64,000 bases of DNA from Candidatus Odyssella sp. (GTDB taxonomy: Bacteria > Pseudomonadota > Alphaproteobacteria > Paracaedibacterales > CAITNM01), in the NCBI GenBank assembly GCA_020726185.1, contig DYTB01000003.1, positions 12,451 through 76,450 of the forward strand. Direction: 5' to 3'. Below, one piece after another: positions 36,466-47,329 of this stretch. The notes under the pieces were generated by a model. That model had not been told where the DNA came from, searched no databases, and saw only the letters and a list, made by a program, of their open reading frames with translations. The first letter of the stretch is position 1, and each line of letters starts with the position of its first letter. The position numbers and the translations under genes are program-made.

Positions 36466-37638
36466 ATGCTTAATAGTAGAATTGGCACATACGCAAATCA
36501 TAATATTGCAGGTGAGATTTATAGGTCTTACATTCCCCATAAATTACCGCCCAAACCCGATATTGACCTAACAGTCTTGCACTCTAAATTAGAAAAAGCG
36601 AATCAGTCTTTGGGGGAACTAAATGGTATCGCCAAAACAATTCCAAACGCAGCGCTTTTCACATACATGTATGTGCGAAAGGAGGCATTACTGTCATCTC
36701 AAATAGAAGGAACGCAAAGTTCATTTTCTGACCTTATATTGTTTGAAAATAGCCAAAAACCAGACATTTCAATTGATGATGTTGAGGAAGTTTCTAATTA
36801 TGTAAAGGCCCTAAATTTTGGCTTGAGCCAATTGCAAAAAGGTTTTCCATTGTCTCTGCGTTTGCTGCGTGAAATTCATGGAATTTTGTTACAAGGAGGC
36901 AGAGGCGCTAAAAAACAACCAGGTGATTTTAGGACATCTCAAAATTGGATTGGTGGTACAAGACCAGGGAATGCTTTATTTGTATCTCCTGCTCCTGAGC
37001 ATTTAATGACAGCATTGAGTGATTTTGAAAAATTCTTGCATGATAAACAGTGCAATTTGCCCATGCTTGTTAAGGCTGGTCTTGCTCATGTGCAATTTGA
37101 AACTATTCACCCTTTTTTGGATGGTAATGGGCGTTTAGGCAGATTGCTAATTACTTTATTACTTCACGAATGGGGAATTCTCAACGAACCAATTTTATAT
37201 TTAAGCTTGTATTTAAAGCAAAACCGCCAGATGTACTACGAGCTTTTGCAAAGAATGCGAGTAGATGGTTGTTATGAGGTGTGGTTAGAGTTTTTTTTGG
37301 ATGGAATCTTGCATTCAGCAACGCAGGCCATAAACACTGCGCATCAATTAAATGCTTTATTTGAAGAGGATCTTGCTAAAATTAACGCACTTGGACGAAT
37401 TAAATATTCTTGTATCAAAGTGTGGGAATACATGAAAAAACTACCGCAAGTAACAGTGCCATTATTATCGCCAGCACTAGGGATGAGCGCGCCTACAGCC
37501 AGAAGTTGCTTAAGTATTTTAGCTGAAAAAGGAATTTTAAAAGAAATCACCGAAATGCAGCGAGATAAAATATACGTGTACAAAAACTATTTGTATGTCT
37601 TAGAAAAAGGAACTGATCCGTGTGGGGCTTCCCTATGA
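36466..37638 (+). CDS. Fic family protein (Fic_N + Fic + C-terminal wHTH)
   Basis: Canonical HPFLDGNGRLGR, inhibitory SSQIEG motif, PGDFRTSQNWIGG, C-terminal HTH-like segment. Confidence 0.95.
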   Translation: MLNSRIGTYANHNIAGEIYRSYIPHKLPPKPDIDLTVLHSKLEKANQSLGELNGIAKTIPNAALFTYMYVRKEALLSSQIEGTQSSFSDLILFENSQKPDISIDDVEEVSNYVKALNFGLSQLQKGFPLSLRLLREIHGILLQGGRGAKKQPGDFRTSQNWIGGTRPGNALFVSPAPEHLMTALSDFEKFLHDKQCNLPMLVKAGLAHVQFETIHPFLDGNGRLGRLLITLLLHEWGILNEPILYLSLYLKQNRQMYYELLQRMRVDGCYEVWLEFFLDGILHSATQAINTAHQLNALFEEDLAKINALGRIKYSCIKVWEYMKKLPQVTVPLLSPALGMSAPTARSCLSILAEKGILKEITEMQRDKIYVYKNYLYVLEKGTDPCGASL

Positions 37639-37692
37639 TTTGTTGTTTAACAACAAGAAAGCGGGTATCCATAATGATAAGTATCAATAATA

Positions 37693-37726
37693 AAAAATCC
37701 CCAGCTAGAACGAACTGACCGGGGAT
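37693..37726 (-). terminator. Rho-independent terminator of beta-helix paralogue B
   Basis: Copy of 35133-35166 with two substitutions. Confidence 0.7.
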
Positions 37727-37754
37727 AATTGTAGTAACTATTAGTTCAGAAAAA

Positions 37755-38543
37755 TTATAGACCTGTACCAACAGTGATAGCGCGAGCCCAAGTAACACCA
37801 TTACCTAGTCGTAGAACAGCTCCTGAGTTGAATTTTAGAGTGTCATCAGGATCGTTGCCGAACAAGTCTCCCGAATCACCAGCTGCAGGTACTGTAACGC
37901 CATCAACCACTTTAAGTACGCCAGCACTTTGAATTGTGGTAATGCCAGGAACACATTCTGCAGCGGGGCTTGCTAAAATTTCTAGCATACCACTAATAGT
38001 GTGAATACCATCAGTAGATTTGTTCCCAGCGCCACCAACTTGCAAATTAGCAAGTGTATCTACTGTTATTGGAGTAACAGATGTACCCATGTCAGCTGCA
38101 ACAACAAGATTTCTGATAGAAGTAAGACCATCTATAGTTAGAGTTGCAGCGCCAGCAGGAGCAGCAGCCCATGAAAGGCTAGCAACGTTTAACAAGACTT
38201 CTCCGCTTGCAGACATAGTAAGGGCAGGAAGTGCTACTGTAGCATTGTTAACCTTTAGAATGTTATCTGCATTTAAATCAAAAGTAACTGCAGATGGCAT
38301 GCTTGATGCACCAGAAACGTTGAATTGACCATCAGTTAATTGCAAAGCAGCAGATACAGCACCTGAAACGTTAGCAATACCATTACCAATTTTCTGAACT
38401 GTGGCAGCTGTAAGTGCGCCAGTAACATCTGCACTTTCGCCTAATGTTACAACGTCAAGAACTAGAGTTCCAGAAGCAAAGCCTGATGTTGCAGTAGCTA
38501 CAACCGTAAGTAGACCCAATGTCAATTTTTGAATAGTTTTCAT
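37755..38543 (-). CDS. Secreted beta-helix (autotransporter-passenger-like) protein, paralogue B
   Basis: ATG 38543 with AAGGA RBS; same MKTIQKLTLGLLTVVA leader and WARAITVGTxL end as paralogue A; collinear interior. Confidence 0.7.
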   Translation of the reverse strand: MKTIQKLTLGLLTVVATATSGFASGTLVLDVVTLGESADVTGALTAATVQKIGNGIANVSGAVSAALQLTDGQFNVSGASSMPSAVTFDLNADNILKVNNATVALPALTMSASGEVLLNVASLSWAAAPAGAATLTIDGLTSIRNLVVAADMGTSVTPITVDTLANLQVGGAGNKSTDGIHTISGMLEILASPAAECVPGITTIQSAGVLKVVDGVTVPAAGDSGDLFGNDPDDTLKFNSGAVLRLGNGVTWARAITVGTGL

Positions 38544-38723
38544 AATATTATTCCTTTTAAAAATAAGATTCATACAAATTAATAGTTAGTATTGACACCA
38601 ACTATAGTTAAATATAAATACTTAATATTAATAATTAATAAATATTTTATTAATATAAAGTAAATATATAAATGAAATTATTACGGATTATTACTGTATT
38701 TATTTTTTATTGTGAATTTCTAT

Positions 38724-38826
38724 CGTTTGGCTACGCCAAACGGCTATGCCGTTGCGAGAGCCATAGGAAAATTCGAGAAGATGCCCCAACTACAGTTTCC
38801 CCTATGGCTTGACCATAGGATCCACT
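38724..38826. repeat. Palindromic REP/RPE-like mosaic
   Basis: CGTTTGGC-TAC-GCCAAACG (38724-38742) and CCTATGG-CTTGA-CCATAGG-ATCCA (38801-38824), the latter sharing the GCTTGACC loop and GGATCCA end with the other elements. Confidence 0.65.
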
Positions 38827-38962
38827 GAGTAATTTCCAGATACTTGAGTAATAAATAAAAAGATTAATCTTTATATGTACGGTGACTGCACCATAAACCA
38901 CGCAGCCATTTTTAAGTTGGGCGTTTACTTATTGGTAAGGTTTACTATGTACTATAAGACTT

Positions 38963-40366
38963 ATGAAAATAGGACAAAGCATAGAAGCAAGGGTTTCAAC
39001 AACCCTAGCCATGACCCCCAGACTGCAGCAAGCTATTCGTTTGTTGCAACTGTCGGTAATCGAACTAAGTGTTTATGTAAATGAACAAGTAGCGGAGAAT
39101 CCTTTATTAACACTTGAAACGGGTGATGAATCACTGCCAACTTCACAGGAAGAACCCCAAGAGTATTCGCTTGATTGTGATGATGAACGTCCAAATGATA
39201 GCCTACAATTTGAAGAACGCGACCCTATGCAAGAAGGGAACACTCAAAACCCACGGCTGCGCTGCGAACAAACCCTTCAAGACTATTTGCAGTTGCAATT
39301 ATCGCTAGTGGCAACGAATAACAATGAATATTTAACCGGTTTGGTTTTGATTAATTGCTTGAATGCTTACGGATACCTTGAAGTTGATGCGGCAGAAATA
39401 GCTGAACAATTTGGGGCAGAACTTGAGCTTGTTGAAAAAATGATTGCTGTCATGCAAAAGTTTGACCCCATTGGGATTTTCTCAAGAAATGTTGAAGAAT
39501 GCTTAAGGGTTCAGCTTCAAGAAAAAAATGCTTTAACGCCAAAAATGGACCTTTTGCTGCAAAATATAGACGGCTTGTTGCAGGGTAGCCCTAGTGTGTT
39601 GGCAAGAAAATGTAAGCTAAGCATTGAAGAATTGCAGAAGTGTTTGTCAGAGTTGCGGGAATTAAATCCGCGTCCTTCATCAGGATTTTTAATGAATACT
39701 TACGATGATAATGTTATTCCAGATGGCTTTGTTCATAAAAATGCAGATGATGTGTTTGTTTTTGAATTAAATATGAACACACTTCCGCAAATTCTTTTGA
39801 ATAGCCCCTATTATAACGAACTGCGTGGCAAATTAAAAAAACCAGATGAAAAGCAATTTTTACAAGCAAAATACGTACATGCAAACTGGTTGATGCAGGC
39901 GCTTAACCAACGGTTGGTGACTTTGAAACGCGTAGCTAGTGCTATTGTGCAGCATCAGCAGGAATTTTTTTCAAAAGGCATGCATGGGTTGAAATCTTTG
40001 ACCTTAAAAACAATTGCTGATCAGCTTGATATGCATGAAAGTACGGTTAGTCGTATTACAACGGCAAAATACATTAGTACACCGCGTGGCACCTTTGAAT
40101 TAAAGTTTTTCTTTAGTCAGTCAATAACTTCAATTTCTGAAGGGCAAGACGACGTTTCAGCAAAATCAGTTCAAAATGCTATTGCTGACTTAGTAAGCAA
40201 AGAATCACAAACAGCTCCTTTATCTGATGAACAATTGGTTTCAAAATTGGGCGAAAAGGGAATGCTTGTAGCAAGGCGAACTATATCTAAATATCGTAAG
40301 ATTTTAAGAATTCCATCATCTCAAGAACGACGCAATTACTACACATTAGGCCTTAAGAAGGCATAA
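38963..40366 (+). CDS. rpoN: RNA polymerase sigma-54 factor
   Basis: TPRLQQAIRLLQLS, NPLL, HESTVSRIT, PLSD, RpoN box ARRTISKYR. Confidence 0.97.
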   Translation: MKIGQSIEARVSTTLAMTPRLQQAIRLLQLSVIELSVYVNEQVAENPLLTLETGDESLPTSQEEPQEYSLDCDDERPNDSLQFEERDPMQEGNTQNPRLRCEQTLQDYLQLQLSLVATNNNEYLTGLVLINCLNAYGYLEVDAAEIAEQFGAELELVEKMIAVMQKFDPIGIFSRNVEECLRVQLQEKNALTPKMDLLLQNIDGLLQGSPSVLARKCKLSIEELQKCLSELRELNPRPSSGFLMNTYDDNVIPDGFVHKNADDVFVFELNMNTLPQILLNSPYYNELRGKLKKPDEKQFLQAKYVHANWLMQALNQRLVTLKRVASAIVQHQQEFFSKGMHGLKSLTLKTIADQLDMHESTVSRITTAKYISTPRGTFELKFFFSQSITSISEGQDDVSAKSVQNAIADLVSKESQTAPLSDEQLVSKLGEKGMLVARRTISKYRKILRIPSSQERRNYYTLGLKKA

Positions 40367-41458
40367 CTAGCGATCATCTAATAACGTGGTTAGCCAGTAT
40401 GCGCTTACAAAGGTCACTATTGGCGGAATCCATGCGGCGGCAATGATTGGAATTTTATGAGCTATTCCATACGCATGAACAATGTGTCCAAAAAAATGTA
40501 TCAAAAAAGAAAATATAATACTGGCGCCAATAATCATGCTGAATGATTTGTTTCTGGTGGAAACCAAACAAAAACTTCCAGCTAAGAATATGAAGGCGAT
40601 CATCATGCCAATTTTAGAAATTTGTTGATGCCATAGCATGGCGTAAGAGCTGGCGTTGAGTCCTGCTTCTTCTAGCATTTCAATAAATGCCGGTGTTTGA
40701 AAAAAAGAAATAGTTTTAGGTGGGGCGGTTGATTGTTGAATTTGTTCCATGGTGATGGTTGTAGGCTCAACATGTGTTTCAGCGTTTTCCTGACGGTGAT
40801 TTGAAACAATATTTACGTTGTGCATATGCCATTGTTCGTTTTCTAATTCGGCAACTTCAGCGTCAACACGACGTATAAAATCTCCTTTTTTACTAAATTC
40901 AAAAATCATTAATTTTTTGAATTGTTTTTGCATAACGTTGAAGCTTTTTGCATGGATGATATTTTGAGAATCTGAAAAGTTCTCACGAAGCCACAGCCCT
41001 GTATCTGTAAAGGAAACGCTATAGGGTTTTTTCTGAAAGATCTTTTCTTCTAAAATAACCATTCGGCCAAAAAGTGCTGCTCGAACAGGGTCTAGGGCTA
41101 CAATGTTTAACACTCCTAAGGCAACAACAACTAATGATATGCCACTTAAAAATTGTAAGCGTGATACGCCAAAACTGAACATCACAACGAAATTCTGTGA
41201 TTGCGCAAGGCGTAAGAAGCAAGCAAGAGCGGCAAAAAAAGTAATGGATGGCAGAAGTTGATCAAGTAGTTTTGGTAGTTTTAAAAAAGCTATTTGAAAT
41301 AAAATTGAAAATGGCACATCGTGCTGCATTGTGCGCTTTGTTAAATCTATCATTTCAAAAAGGCCAATAATTAAGGCCACAGTCAAAAAGATAAGCCCAA
41401 ACCAAAATAAAAAAGTTTTGCTAACGTACCTATTTACGGTTGAAATTAAATACCACAT
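40367..41458 (-). CDS. lptG: LPS export permease LptG
   Basis: YjgP/YjgQ pattern: 3 TM, periplasmic beta domain (GLWLRE, AELENEQW), 3 TM; downstream of lptF. Confidence 0.85.
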   Translation of the reverse strand: MWYLISTVNRYVSKTFLFWFGLIFLTVALIIGLFEMIDLTKRTMQHDVPFSILFQIAFLKLPKLLDQLLPSITFFAALACFLRLAQSQNFVVMFSFGVSRLQFLSGISLVVVALGVLNIVALDPVRAALFGRMVILEEKIFQKKPYSVSFTDTGLWLRENFSDSQNIIHAKSFNVMQKQFKKLMIFEFSKKGDFIRRVDAEVAELENEQWHMHNVNIVSNHRQENAETHVEPTTITMEQIQQSTAPPKTISFFQTPAFIEMLEEAGLNASSYAMLWHQQISKIGMMIAFIFLAGSFCLVSTRNKSFSMIIGASIIFSFLIHFFGHIVHAYGIAHKIPIIAAAWIPPIVTFVSAYWLTTLLDDR

Positions 41459-42579
41459 CGTTCAAATAGCCTCTGTAAGGTGTGATGAAATTTGCCATAT
41501 CTGAGTGCAATGAAAGCCAGTATTAAAGATGTAATGACTAAGCAATAGGCAATGAATGCTGAAAAATGGAAGCGAAGTTGTAGTTGCAACAGGTTCAATA
41601 TTAGCCACTGAAAAATTACCCCAGCGAGAATTAAATAGATAATGCGTTTGCGACGTAAACGTCTTGAAGGACGGTTAACTACCATTGTTAGCGCTACCAT
41701 AAGCATGTTTATCAAACATAAAAAGGGCAGTAATATTCGCTGATGTCCTTCTGCAGCCATGCGCATTTGCAATTTTGAATTTTCGGAATTTTCATTGTTC
41801 ACCTGAAAAAGCTCGCGAATGTCTTTTTCATAGGGTTTTAAATTGCGTGTGTTCACGATTGTGGTGAATGAATCAAAATTATAGACTAATTCGTCAAATT
41901 CAAATGATTGTACGGTATCGTTGTTATCTTTTTCTTGTCTGGTGCCATTGTGCAAAACTAGAACATACTGGTTGTTTATTTTTTTTAAAATTCCTTCTTT
42001 TGCAAATATTGTATAAGGTTTTTTTGCTTTTTTTTCTGAATGTTCGCCGGTGTCATGAATAAAAACACCTTCAAATTCTTTTGCTGATCGGCGTTTTTCT
42101 ACGAAAATGGTTAGGCTTTTTATGACATTAAAAGATCCATCGCGCACAATTGATGAAGAAAATTGATTGCGAAGCTGAAATTCTTGAGCGCGAAATGCTC
42201 GATAAGCATTTGGAATGGTGAAAATGTTTAGAAAAAGTAAGGACAGTGTTAAAAATCCTGCTAAGACCATGCCTGGGTGAAGGATTTGCCATGGGCTTTT
42301 TCCTAAAGCTTGCATTACCTGCAATTCATTATCGAGCGTTAATTTTCCATATGCGAGCAGAGCACCAATCAAAGTGCACACTGGGGCCACCTTCACAAAC
42401 ATATCGGGTAATAAATATACGATTAATGAGAAGTAGCCCTGCAAAGAAACATTGTGGTTAACAATGACCTCAATAAATTTTAAAGACTGCGTCAACCATA
42501 GCAATACAACCAAAATTGTAGCTAAAACACCAATTGATGCGCAAAGACGTTTTAAAATGTATGACGACGTGATAAACAT
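41446..42579 (-). CDS. lptF: LPS export permease LptF
   Basis: LWLTQSLKFIEVI, YLLPDM, DNELQVMQALG, periplasmic GVFIHD...LHNGTRQ. Confidence 0.85.
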   Translation of the reverse strand: MFITSSYILKRLCASIGVLATILVVLLWLTQSLKFIEVIVNHNVSLQGYFSLIVYLLPDMFVKVAPVCTLIGALLAYGKLTLDNELQVMQALGKSPWQILHPGMVLAGFLTLSLLFLNIFTIPNAYRAFRAQEFQLRNQFSSSIVRDGSFNVIKSLTIFVEKRRSAKEFEGVFIHDTGEHSEKKAKKPYTIFAKEGILKKINNQYVLVLHNGTRQEKDNNDTVQSFEFDELVYNFDSFTTIVNTRNLKPYEKDIRELFQVNNENSENSKLQMRMAAEGHQRILLPFLCLINMLMVALTMVVNRPSRRLRRKRIIYLILAGVIFQWLILNLLQLQLRFHFSAFIAYCLVITSLILAFIALRYGKFHHTLQRLFERCGI

Positions 42580-42618
42580 ATATCTATATGTACAATTAAT
42601 TTTTGGCTTTTTCTAGGC

Positions 42619-43941
42619 ATGTTCGCATTTATCCTTATAGTATTCTTTTTGAATTTTTCGTTTTGTCCTGCATATTCGAATGTAAAATCTGATCAGGCTT
42701 TAATTGCCGCAGTTGTAAACCAACATGCGATTACAGAGCGTGAGCTCGAGTTACGTTTAGATTTTGCAATTGCCACGCTTAACATGCCAAACACCAAAGA
42801 ATCAAAAGATGCAATGAGACATCAAGTATTACAAAATTTGATTGTTGAAAAATTGCAAGAATCTTCAGCTAAAGAAGCTGAGATTAAAATTTCAGAAAAA
42901 GAAATAAGTAAATCGTTAGAAAATGTTGCGCAAGAAAATGGCATGACCATAGAGCAAATGAAAGAGCGATTTAAATCAATGGGGATAAAAATTGATACGC
43001 TTAGAAGTAGAATGTCAGCTCAGCTCAGCTGGGCTAGGTTTATTCGTGCTTTGTTTGGGAATCAGGTGCGTGTAACCGATAGTGATGTTGAAAAAGAGCT
43101 TGAAAAAGTTAAACGCACATTAGAGACAGATCAATACGAATTGGTTGAGATTGTTTTGCCAATAGATGAAAAAAATCGTGCAAAAAGCAAACAAGATGCA
43201 GATCGTTTGTATGCACAAGTAAATCAGCCCATGACAAATTTCCGCTTGGTTGCGCAGCAATTTGGTGCTCAAAGTGGCTATGTAGGTTGGAGAGCCGTGC
43301 GTCAAATAGACGACGAAGTCGCTAAAATCATTCAAAATTTAAAAGTGGGAGATGTAACAAGGCCTGTTGAAACTCAAAATGCGCATAAAATTGTAAAGCT
43401 GCTTGATAAGAAGCTAGCAGGGCAAGGTTCATATCGTAGCCGGAAAATTTCAGTGGCTAAAGTAGGCATTCAGCTTCCAGAAGACATGAATGAAGAAAAT
43501 GTGATGGTTCTAGAAGCAATTGTGACTCATTTGAAAGCTGCAAAAAATTGTAAAGATTTTCAGCGCGTAGGAAATGACGCAAATGGGCATACAGAGGTAG
43601 TAGAAAAGCAACCAATGGCAAATTTCCCAGAGCCATTGCAAGTTGTTTTAGATAAGGTTGGAGTAAACCAGGTGGCAGGACCTCTTCAAAATGAAAGGGA
43701 CATAAGTCTATATATGGTTTGTTCTGTTGAGAATCCAGAAAAAGATTTGGTACCTACAAAAGCAGAAATTAAAGAAGGTCTAGAGCAGCGCGAATTTGCA
43801 AGACAGGCAGGTCGATTGCTGAATAAAATTATGGCAACGGCTCGTATTGCTATTACTCATGAAGATTCTAGAGAGAACAGGTTTGGCACTAAGAAAGTTG
43901 AGTCTGTTGAATCTGTGCCAGCTCCATCACCCGCTCCCTAA
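42619..43941 (+). CDS. surA: Periplasmic chaperone/PPIase SurA
   Basis: Signal peptide, IAAVVNQHAIT..EL, SurA_N core, two rotamase-like regions. Confidence 0.85.
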   Translation: MFAFILIVFFLNFSFCPAYSNVKSDQALIAAVVNQHAITERELELRLDFAIATLNMPNTKESKDAMRHQVLQNLIVEKLQESSAKEAEIKISEKEISKSLENVAQENGMTIEQMKERFKSMGIKIDTLRSRMSAQLSWARFIRALFGNQVRVTDSDVEKELEKVKRTLETDQYELVEIVLPIDEKNRAKSKQDADRLYAQVNQPMTNFRLVAQQFGAQSGYVGWRAVRQIDDEVAKIIQNLKVGDVTRPVETQNAHKIVKLLDKKLAGQGSYRSRKISVAKVGIQLPEDMNEENVMVLEAIVTHLKAAKNCKDFQRVGNDANGHTEVVEKQPMANFPEPLQVVLDKVGVNQVAGPLQNERDISLYMVCSVENPEKDLVPTKAEIKEGLEQREFARQAGRLLNKIMATARIAITHEDSRENRFGTKKVESVESVPAPSPAP

Positions 43942-45644
43942 TGCTTAAATGTGCTGCTTTATAGGCAAAAGGATTGTCACTTAAACAATCGGTCATGCAG
44001 TCTTGAACAGACCAAATATCAAGGCTTTGAACCATATTTTCAATGGCTTCTACGGAATTGGGGTTAATTGAAAAATGTCGCAGTCCTATTCCTAGCAAGG
44101 CCATAGCTTCAATAGGGCGACTTGCCATTTCACCGCACAAGCTCACCTAACATTTTTTGCTTTTGCGCTGTCTATGATGGTTTTAAGCATTTGCATAAAG
44201 GCTTTTGAAAGAAGATCATAGCGTTTGCTCATAACTGCATCGGCACGATCAATGGCAAAGAAAAATTGAAACAAGTCATTGCTTCCAATAGATATAAAGT
44301 CGACTAGATCTAAAAATTGATTGAGCTGGAATACTACTGATGGCACTTCGATCATTGCGCCAATACGAATAGTTTGTGGTATTTTGTGGCCTAAATTTTT
44401 CTCACGATCTAGCTCTTTTTGTATTAGCGTTCTTACGAAGCGCATTTCCTGTGCTTCACTAATCATGGGAAACATTATATGCAGAGGTAAATCTGGATAA
44501 TCACAGCTTGCACGAGCCCTAATCATTGCACGTAGCTGCAATCGAATGAGCGATGGCCTTTGCATTGTGAATCTTGAGTTTCTCCAGCCTTTTTGAGGAT
44601 TTTTAAAGCTTTTATGGAGTGATTGAAATGTTTTGTCTCCACCAACATCAAGTGCTCGAAAAACAACAGATTTTTCTTTAGCCTTATTCATGACTTGCAG
44701 ATATAACCTGGTTTGCGTTTCTACATCAGGCCAACGTTCACTCATCATAAATGGGATTTCTGTTCTGTATAACCCAACTCCCTTAATAGTAGAGCGTTCC
44801 AGACATTCTAAATCCTCACTCAAATTTGCATTGATAAACAAATGCACAGGTGTTCCGTCTCGTGAAATAACAGCGCCGTTGTTTGTTGAGTCAGAAGGTT
44901 TGCTAAACTGTGGTTTTTTAGAGGTGTCATAATTTGCGATTACGGTGCTAAGAGGGCGTACATATATACGTCCTAAATCGCCATTAACTAATAATTCGTC
45001 TTGGTTATTAATAAATTTTTTTAATTCAATTACGCCCCTACAACCGGAATTCCTCTTGATCTGGCAATAATCATTCCATGAGATAAAAAGCTATTATCTT
45101 CCACAATCATTGCGACCAAATTTGCATGGTCAAATTGCATCATTTCAACAGGAGAGATGGTTTTGGCGCACAAAACAATAGGTTTGGTTTTGTCAAAATA
45201 AACATCTTTGCCTTCTAAGCATTGGCGAACAAGTTGAGTTATTCCTCTTACTTCTTGAAAGCGCGCATGCCAAAAGCTATCTCCACCAAAAGCAATGTCT
45301 ATATCTTCTAAAACTTTATCAAGTGCATGAGTGATAATAACTTTGTCATCAATTTTATTAATGACTCGTTGTTGCCAAGATAAATCTTGCAATAAAGCTT
45401 TTTGAACGAATATTAATTCTTTGTTTTTTGATCTGTCATTTTCTATATTGTTTTCGCATAATTCAACGGCTCTATGCACAGCCTGAAGGAAAATTTTTAC
45501 TTTTTGCTCAACGGACAAATGAAAGTCTTCCGCATATTCTGGGTCGTACATATAAGCATGACCATGAGCGATGCCTAAATTTAGGCTCATTCCTTCAATG
45601 GTGATTTGTGGCTGATTAAATGAAGTGGCCGACTTCATGAGCAA
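43889..45644 (-). pseudogene. ptsP: PTS enzyme I (PtsP/PtsI-like), split by two one-base deletions
   Basis: Fragments 45030-45644 (SHGMIIARSRGIP phospho-His), 44143-44847+ (GVGLYRTE, RALDVGGDK, MIEVP, SIGSNDL), 43889-44146 (SLCGEMA); breaks at ~45036 and ~44147; may be assembly error. Confidence 0.85.
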
Positions 45645-46627
45645 GGAAGACCAAGGTGCTCATAGCCAGTGGGGGTTAAAACCCTTCCGCGACTAGTGCG
45701 TTGTATAAGTCCAAGCTGAATTAAATAAGGCTCAACAACTTCTTCAATGGTGTCTGTTTGTTCAGCAAGGTAGGCTGCTAAGGTTTCAACGCCAACGGGG
45801 CCGCCGTTGTAATGTCTGGCCATTGCTTGCAAATAACGTAAGTCTTGTTGATCAAGGCCTTTTTGGTCAACTTCTAATCGTGTTAATGTTTGATTTGCTG
45901 TTTGTTTGTTGATGTGATTATTTGCATAGATCATTGCAAAATCACGTATGCGTCTTAAAAGACGGCCTGAAATTCTAGGTGTTCCACGGCAGCGCGATGA
46001 AATTTCCAAAGTGGCATCAGCGTCAATGCTAACGTTTAAAATTTTGGCAGCTCTTTGAATAATTTGTGCAAGCTCACTGTGGTCATAAAATTGTAAACGC
46101 AATGGAATGCCAAATCGTTCTCTAAGTGGTTGAGTTAATAACCCTGATCGCGTAGTAGCGCCTATTAAAGTAAATTTTGGAAGGTCTAAACGGATAGACC
46201 TTGCTGCAGGTCCTTCGCCTATCATGACATCAAGCTTAAAATCTTCAATTGCAGAATAAAGCACTTCTTCAACAGCGGGATTCAATCGATGAATTTCATC
46301 AATAAACAACACATCATTTGGTTGTAAATTCGTAAGAATTGCTGCCAAGTCTCCGGCTTTTGAAATTACTGGCCCTGAGGTTGTTTTAAATCCAACTCCC
46401 ATTTCACACGCGATTATTTGTGCAAGTGTTGTTTTGCCAAGCCCAGGAGGGCCATGTAATAACACATGATCAAGCGCTTCTTCACGTTGTTTTGCCGCAT
46501 TTATATAAACAAGCAGGTTTTCGCGTAATGCTTGTTGGCCAATAAAATCGTTAAGAATTGTTGGCCGGATGGTGGCTTCCCAATCATCTTCAAATGATAA
46601 TTCTGCATCAACTAAACGTTCAGCCAT
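45635..46627 (-). CDS. ruvB: Holliday junction helicase RuvB
   Basis: [45 protein letters not shown]. Confidence 0.98.
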   Translation of the reverse strand: MAERLVDAELSFEDDWEATIRPTILNDFIGQQALRENLLVYINAAKQREEALDHVLLHGPPGLGKTTLAQIIACEMGVGFKTTSGPVISKAGDLAAILTNLQPNDVLFIDEIHRLNPAVEEVLYSAIEDFKLDVMIGEGPAARSIRLDLPKFTLIGATTRSGLLTQPLRERFGIPLRLQFYDHSELAQIIQRAAKILNVSIDADATLEISSRCRGTPRISGRLLRRIRDFAMIYANNHINKQTANQTLTRLEVDQKGLDQQDLRYLQAMARHYNGGPVGVETLAAYLAEQTDTIEEVVEPYLIQLGLIQRTSRGRVLTPTGYEHLGLPCS

Positions 46628-47237
46628 AACGAGCCTGGAATTCTTGTAGGGATAGTCTTACTAATGTTTCAAGCATAATCGGAGGAGCCATTTTTTGAGC
46701 GGCTTTTGAAACAGCAGTTTCTGCATCGTTTCTATTGTATCCCAAATTCATTAGCGCTGAGACGGCATCATCAATTTCACGTGATGATGGAATGCTTGCG
46801 CTAACGTCTTTGAGGGGTATGCCAAATGTAATTGGTAAATCTTTTTTGCCTTTAAGTTCTAAAACAATGCGGCTTGCGAGTTTTGGCCCAACTCCATCAG
46901 CTCTGGAAAGAATATTGTTTTTTTGGTTGATGATAGCGTCACCAATTTCTGTGGCTGTTAAGCTTGATAAAATAGACAATGCTACTTTTGCGCCAACTCC
47001 TTGAACTTGTGTGAGAATGCGAAACCAATCAACCTCTTGTTCATCAAGAAATCCACATAGATGCGGTTGTTCATTGCGCATTACAGTTTCTGTCCATAGA
47101 ACTAAGGGAGCATTTAATTCAGGTAATTGATGCAAGGTTCTTTTTGAAACCAAGACTCTGTACGCTACGCCCATTACGTCAATAAGCACGGCATCTTCGT
47201 AAATACGGTCTAAAATACCTGTTAACTTGGCTATCAC
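46620..47237 (-). CDS. ruvA: Holliday junction DNA-binding protein RuvA
   Basis: [42 protein letters not shown]. Confidence 0.96.
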   Translation of the reverse strand: MIAKLTGILDRIYEDAVLIDVMGVAYRVLVSKRTLHQLPELNAPLVLWTETVMRNEQPHLCGFLDEQEVDWFRILTQVQGVGAKVALSILSSLTATEIGDAIINQKNNILSRADGVGPKLASRIVLELKGKKDLPITFGIPLKDVSASIPSSREIDDAVSALMNLGYNRNDAETAVSKAAQKMAPPIMLETLVRLSLQEFQARYG

Positions 47238-47329
47238 AACGAGTCTGAATTTTACCTTTATCGAACTCTACCACAAAAAATAAATAATTTAGAATTTTTT
47301 CCTATATTGATTATTTTACAAAGGAATGA

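Noticed and set aside
35022-38826. Island called as an IS or transposon
   Set aside because: No transposase or recombinase ORF and no clear target-site duplication; reported only as repeats.
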